Positions 16,870 to 21,148 of a DNA stretch of 21,148 bases are shown piece after piece. The stretch lies in IMG/VR virus record IMGVR_UViG_3300027811_000039, positions 1-21,148 of that record, one strand, 5' to 3'. Every line of letters starts with the position of its first letter. Within the stretch, counting starts at the first letter, position 1. The DNA comes from a virus. Below the pieces are notes generated by a model. It saw only the letters and a list, made by a program, of their open reading frames with translations, had not been told where the DNA came from and ran no database searches. The translations under genes and the position numbers were made by a program.

Positions 16870-17922
16870 TCATAAGGCAGGGTTATCCTCCAACGCCTCT
16901 TTAAACACTTCATAATTAGGCACTTCTAATTTATGAGCATGGCCCAATATTGAAATCGCATATGGATTTGGTGGTTTAATCCCAAACTCATATTCAAAAA
17001 TTATCTCATGGAAATGAGCTAAGAATATTTTAACTGCATACCTTTTAGATCGCTCATTGATATGTGCTGGTGGGAGCATCTTTATACCTGTTCCCGGTTC
17101 CTTTGCAAACTCTTTAGCTGAACCTATTTTATCAATCACTATTTTTCGTGCATCTTCTCCCGATATGCATCCTGCATACCATTTATAGGCATCTGTATCT
17201 TTCCCGATATTAAATTTTGATAATTTTAAATCTGCTTGATCTGCAAAATCACCAGCTAAATTTTTATTTATTTCCTGCTCTTTTCTCTGCTTATATAATT
17301 TTCCATAGACATCTCTAGGATTGTTTTGCACCTTAACAAATGACTCGCCAACTAAATACATTAATTTTTTTAGGTCAGCATTCCACGGACGTTTTTGCCC
17401 CTTTAACCATTCAACGCTAGGATTATAACCTGCATAACTCCATACTGCTCCTGCAGTTGGTGCTTTCTTAGCATCAATATGAGCTAATAATCCAGCTGCG
17501 AAGGTTGGGCCAATTCCGATTATGCTCTTCGCCCATACACCTACCGAATGACTACTCGTATAAGCATCTAATGCTTTCTTGATATTCTTTTCTAACTCCT
17601 CAAAATTGTTAGCAAACCAAACAATAACCTCATTCGGCTCCCCACCCTCTGATGCTCTGATTTGGTTCTTTGCACTAGTCCTATACTGCTGAATCTGGTA
17701 ATAACGATCAACCAGATAACGTGCTTCTGATGGACTTAAAGTTCTACTCGCATTCCTTAGATCCTTTGTCAACTTGACTAACGGAGTAAGATCCTTCTTA
17801 TCTTCTGGATTTGCCTCGGATGCCCTTAATGATTCCTCAACTGCTTTCTTTTTAGCCTCTTCCCTAGATTCTTCTTCCATTTGTGTTAATATATCATTAT
17901 CCTTCTTGCTCTTCCTCACCAT
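16870..17922 (-). CDS. tasA: TasA-like Nop-domain RNA-guided DNA-binding protein (IS110/Nop-related, no recognisable nuclease)
   Basis: Coiled coil ARYLVDRYYQIQQYRTSAKNQIR. Nop/Transposase_20-like core WAKSIIGIGPTFAAGLLAHID...AVWSYAGYNP...KGQKRPWNADLKKLMY and HINERSKRYAVKIFLAHF. No N-terminal DEDD RuvC, HNH or IS110 catalytic SG motif is visible. Abuts the 36-nt array. Confidence 0.82.
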   Translation of the reverse strand: MVRKSKKDNDILTQMEEESREEAKKKAVEESLRASEANPEDKKDLTPLVKLTKDLRNASRTLSPSEARYLVDRYYQIQQYRTSAKNQIRASEGGEPNEVIVWFANNFEELEKNIKKALDAYTSSHSVGVWAKSIIGIGPTFAAGLLAHIDAKKAPTAGAVWSYAGYNPSVEWLKGQKRPWNADLKKLMYLVGESFVKVQNNPRDVYGKLYKQRKEQEINKNLAGDFADQADLKLSKFNIGKDTDAYKWYAGCISGEDARKIVIDKIGSAKEFAKEPGTGIKMLPPAHINERSKRYAVKIFLAHFHEIIFEYEFGIKPPNPYAISILGHAHKLEVPNYEVFKEALEDNPAL

Positions 17923-17950
17923 TTCCCTTGTCCTCCCTTTCCTAAGCCAT

Positions 17951-18679
17951 CTAATCTAATGAATTCTTCGCCCTGTCCTGAATGCTCTTCAATGTAGTTT
18001 CATAAGCATACAATTTATGCTTTCTGATCCATTGGTAATATGTCATCCCACTAGATCTGGCTATTTTTCTAGCATATTTCTTAACTATTGATAAATCTTC
18101 GGCCCACCCTCCTAACTCCATAGTCTCTGGTATCTGACCTATAATAAAATCGCCATCCATAAAATTGAAAACACACGCCTCTTGGTTTATCGAAAAATCA
18201 ACCACGGAATCATCAACGGTTATAAACGCATGAACACCCGATTGCTGAATCGTATTAGTAAATAGCGACATTATGCCGTGACTTGGATGAGTATAGAAAC
18301 CCTGCACATATTTTAGTCTTTCTTCCTTAACCCCACTTTCCCACAACAAACAATAATGGACAATTGACATATAAATACATAGTCCTCCACTTTTATCCCA
18401 TGTTGTTATTTCTTTTCTAGCCCAATCTGAAATATCATTCATTCGATAATTAATTGCTCTGTCAGCCAAAAACGACATATAAAAAGCAGCAGACATAAAA
18501 TCCGCATTGACTAATATCGAATGATTTAATGATTTACTTTCGCACCAAATTGGATCAACCAATAAGTAATCATAAGAACATTCCCATCTTTCCCTGAAAA
18601 CACCCGCAGTAAATTTAATTAACGTTTCCTTGCCCATATCATCAGTAACAAAGATATCATCCTTTAAATCTGTTTTCAT
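17951..18679 (-). CDS. hypothetical protein between the par genes and tasA
   Basis: 242-aa ORF. Motif GGLCIYMS...VHAFITVDDSVVDFSINQ resembles a Cys-His-Asp transglutaminase/papain-like triad (speculative). Confidence 0.7.
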   Translation of the reverse strand: MKTDLKDDIFVTDDMGKETLIKFTAGVFRERWECSYDYLLVDPIWCESKSLNHSILVNADFMSAAFYMSFLADRAINYRMNDISDWARKEITTWDKSGGLCIYMSIVHYCLLWESGVKEERLKYVQGFYTHPSHGIMSLFTNTIQQSGVHAFITVDDSVVDFSINQEACVFNFMDGDFIIGQIPETMELGGWAEDLSIVKKYARKIARSSGMTYYQWIRKHKLYAYETTLKSIQDRAKNSLD

Positions 18680-18959
18680 TTTTAGATGTCTCCTTATATA
18701 AGAACTCTATCGCCATGCCCACGATCTCGCTTAGATCATTTTTCCTGAAATGTTTTGCTCTCATTGTCATCAAAATTTCAATCTGCTTTTCCGTGAGCAT
18801 ATAACTTCGTTTGGACTTCTCAACCACTACCTCTTCCTTGATTTCCTCTTTCCTCTTCCTTTTGATTTCCTTAACCTTCTTTTGCTCAACCTCCTCTTGT
18901 CCCTCTCCAATACTTCCTAGCATTTTGTTTAAATTAGGTCTATTCTGTTCTCTCACCAT
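18657..18959 (-). CDS. small ParA partner (type Ib centromere-binding, RHH-like)
   Basis: Overlaps the parA stop. Charged, disordered N-terminus, then KRSYMLTEKQIEILMTM...DLSEIVGMAIEFLY (strand-helix-helix). Confidence 0.7.
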   Translation of the reverse strand: MVREQNRPNLNKMLGSIGEGQEEVEQKKVKEIKRKRKEEIKEEVVVEKSKRSYMLTEKQIEILMTMRAKHFRKNDLSEIVGMAIEFLYKETSKNENRFKG

Positions 18960-19714
18960 TTCCTCATCACCTCATGGGCCAATTCCACATATTGCAATGC
19001 TGCTGGTGCTGTAGGTTCATAAATAACAACTGGCATCTGAGCCACGGCAGATTCCTTAACCCTTATATTGTTTTTGATGATGGTCTGCAAAATCTTTCCG
19101 GGATATGTACTTTCTAAATTATCACTAATCTCTCTCGCCAACCTCGGCCTCATATCCCACATCGTTCTGCAGATCCCTAGAATCTTTAATTTTTTATTCA
19201 TTCCAAGTCGGATCTCATTGACTGTATTTGTGAGATATTTTAACCCAACCAGAGCAAAAGGATCTAGGCCAACTGGGATCAATACCCTATCTGCAGCTAT
19301 CAATGCATTTAAGCTAAATAATCCTAAACTCGGAGGGCAATCAATAACACAATAATCAAAATCATCATTCGCACTTTTTAACTTATCTCTCAATATCGCA
19401 GGGTGGCTGGGCTTATATGACTTTAATAATTCCCATTCAACTTGTGATAGGGAAAGATCCGATGGGATAATAAATAGATTCGGTATTTGAGTTTCATTTA
19501 TGTTCTCAGAAATTTTTGATTTCGGATTCTCGAATAGATCTGGTATTCCACTATCAAAAGAAACCATTCCTATGGACTGGCTACAATTCGCCTGTGGATC
19601 ACAATCAACAACCAAAGTTTTGAAACTCCCTGCAGCCATCGTTGCAGCAATATTAATAGCCGTTGATGTTTTCCCACAGCCCCCCTTTTGATTAAGGACT
19701 GCAATTATATCCAC
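18953..19714 (-). CDS. parA: ParA/Soj partition ATPase
   Basis: NQKGGCGKTS deviant Walker A, VDCDPQAN, DYCVIDCPPSLG, and NALIAAD. Confidence 0.95.
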   Translation of the reverse strand: MDIIAVLNQKGGCGKTSTAINIAATMAAGSFKTLVVDCDPQANCSQSIGMVSFDSGIPDLFENPKSKISENINETQIPNLFIIPSDLSLSQVEWELLKSYKPSHPAILRDKLKSANDDFDYCVIDCPPSLGLFSLNALIAADRVLIPVGLDPFALVGLKYLTNTVNEIRLGMNKKLKILGICRTMWDMRPRLAREISDNLESTYPGKILQTIIKNNIRVKESAVAQMPVVIYEPTAPAALQYVELAHEVMRKW

Positions 19715-19727
19715 TTAATCTGCTCCT

Positions 19728-20024
19728 TTAACAATCCATTCTAGGTAACATTGGATCCTTTAACCACGCTAAAGCATTAGATAATTTTTCCCATTTTCCA
19801 AAATGATGTACATCATCTAACTCATCTATTGCCATTAGTGTATAAAAATCATCTTTATATTTTGGCCCATCATAAAGGAAGATGTTATATCTCTCTAACG
19901 ACTCTGAAACCGTACTCCAAAGTTCAATACCCTTATACATAATGACATCATAAACGAATCCCTTTTGGATGTAGCATTGATCCGTTATTTCAATTATTGC
20001 TTGTGTTCCTCTGACTAACATCAA
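19728..20024 (-). CDS. hypothetical protein
   Basis: AGGAGG RBS, overlapping the upstream HTH gene. Confidence 0.6.
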   Translation of the reverse strand: MMLVRGTQAIIEITDQCYIQKGFVYDVIMYKGIELWSTVSESLERYNIFLYDGPKYKDDFYTLMAIDELDDVHHFGKWEKLSNALAWLKDPMLPRMDC

Positions 20025-20235
20025 ATCCCTCCTTGGTATCCTCCATCAAAAATTCCATACTTACCCCCAGCACATCTGCCAATCTTTGAAGCACATCCGC
20101 TTTTGGTACGGTGATCCCATTTTCATATCTGCTGATACATAGATTGCTGATGCCAACTTTATCTGCTAATTCTTTCTGAGTTATTTTTCTAGTTTTTCGG
20201 GCAATCATTAAATTAAGCATCATCATCATCATCAT
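19990..20235 (-). CDS. XRE-family HTH regulator (exact start within the ATG run is uncertain)
   Basis: LMIARKTRKITQKELADKVGISNLCISRYENGITVPKADVLQRLADVLGVSMEFLM. Confidence 0.88.
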   Translation of the reverse strand: MMMMMMLNLMIARKTRKITQKELADKVGISNLCISRYENGITVPKADVLQRLADVLGVSMEFLMEDTKEGFDVSQRNTSNN

Positions 20236-20341
20236 CCTTACAATCCAGACATTTTCGTGGGTAGCCTATCGGTTCTCCGATAAACTGCCCACATCCCTCA
20301 CATAAAATTCCTTCTAGGATCATCTCGGTTATTTCTCCCAC

Positions 20342-20737
20342 TTAATTTTTTCTCCCTTTGTTCACATCCATAAATGGGTTTTCGCCTTTCTTTATTTTCT
20401 TGCTAACAACACCATTTTGATGATTTACTGAATAATTACCATCTGGATCCACACCAAGTTCATTAGTTGCCATTGTCCACAACTCTACTTTCTCGTCATC
20501 AAATTCATCCATTCTGGTATTAAATTCCTTGTATAAGGCCAATTCCATTTCTGCTTGAAGGATATCTTTTCTGGTAGATAATTCCTTTTCTAGATCATCT
20601 TTTCGTTTATGCATGGCCTTGAATTTCTTGCGAAGTTCCTCTGATATGTTTCCAATAACCACCTTATCGTAAGAATCTCCAATCAAATTATTTACCAACA
20701 TACTAACAAAACCATCTAAACCTTTTGTGTTCGACAT
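20342..20737 (-). CDS. hypothetical coiled-coil protein
   Basis: 131-aa ORF with an AAGGGG RBS. Confidence 0.7.
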   Translation of the reverse strand: MSNTKGLDGFVSMLVNNLIGDSYDKVVIGNISEELRKKFKAMHKRKDDLEKELSTRKDILQAEMELALYKEFNTRMDEFDDEKVELWTMATNELGVDPDGNYSVNHQNGVVSKKIKKGENPFMDVNKGRKN

Positions 20738-20829
20738 TAGTTTTCCCCTTTCACTTATCTTGTCCCATTGCTAAGTCTACACCCTGTATGAATTATCGTC
20801 AAGTGATAATATTGTCGCAATTTGATATT

Positions 20830-21148
20830 TTATACCTCAAATTTGGTCAAATCCGATACCCTAGAACTCTGTTGATCTATTTCATTCATTACCTTTTCTT
20901 TGATCATTTTCCAATTATCAAGCACCAACATAGAAAATTCTACATCATTTGCAAGGAGATCAAAATGACCATTATGATATGCAGTTTTCCTGAAATATTT
21001 TACGTTATTACCAACTACAAGGAAGCACTCTTCTGATTCGGCATAGAACTTAATATCGTAGACATCATAATGTAACGGCACCATTATTGTAGCTCGTACA
21101 TTACTCTTGACAGTATCAAACCATTTGCCAATAGCCTCAATATTTTTT
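20830..21148 (-). CDS. hypothetical protein, probably starts beyond the window
   Basis: The ORF track gives 20830-21084, but the frame appears open to the window edge. Confidence 0.5.
   Translation of the reverse strand, partial: KNIEAIGKWFDTVKSNVRATIMVPLHYDVYDIKFYAESEECFLVVGNNVKYFRKTAYHNGHFDLLANDVEFSMLVLDNWKMIKEKVMNEIDQQSSRVSDLTKFEV

Larger units (their letters stand above)
1..21148. mobile_element. temperate phage / phage-plasmid early region
   Basis: Phage-type replication, recombination and repressor genes together with ParA plus partner, a TA pair and a resolvase-like recombinase. No host housekeeping genes. Confidence 0.8.

Noticed and set aside
16870-17922. Active IS110 transposase / insertion sequence
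   Set aside because: It has only the coiled-coil and Nop-like part, without the N-terminal DEDD RuvC domain or the catalytic-serine motif. The adjacent multi-unit array fits Tas better.
20217-20235. (CAT)6 run as a phase-variable repeat
   Set aside because: It is an in-frame triplet run at the start of the HTH gene, so length changes would not shift the frame.

Overview
AT-rich window from a Firmicutes (probably Clostridia) temperate phage or phage-plasmid, covering early, replication and maintenance genes. It encodes a DnaC-like helicase loader (truncated), an HTH/DnaD replication initiator with internal iterons, RecT plus YqaJ, a GIY-YIG endonuclease, a CI/Cro-like XRE switch, a small tyrosine recombinase, mazEF, and ParA with a small partner. 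The main signal is an RNA-guided TIGR-Tas-type system. A Nop-domain (IS110-related) protein with no recognisable nuclease domain (TasA-like, 16870-17922) is followed by about 58 units of a 36-nt dual-repeat/dual-spacer array. A second orphan array of about 43 units with the same repeats lies about 10 kb away (3192-4957). Both arrays carry an insert at an edge repeat. The orphan array holds a small ORF. The tas-linked array holds a roughly 285-nt RNA that reproduces the uL11-binding (GTPase-associated) domain of 23S rRNA with two expansion segments. Other observations are a possible antisense-RNA replication control region, a parS-like repeat tract, an unannotated 9-Cys peptide near a radical SAM gene, and a GGACAA motif beside many -10 boxes. 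All calls come from reading motifs by eye; no database searches were run.
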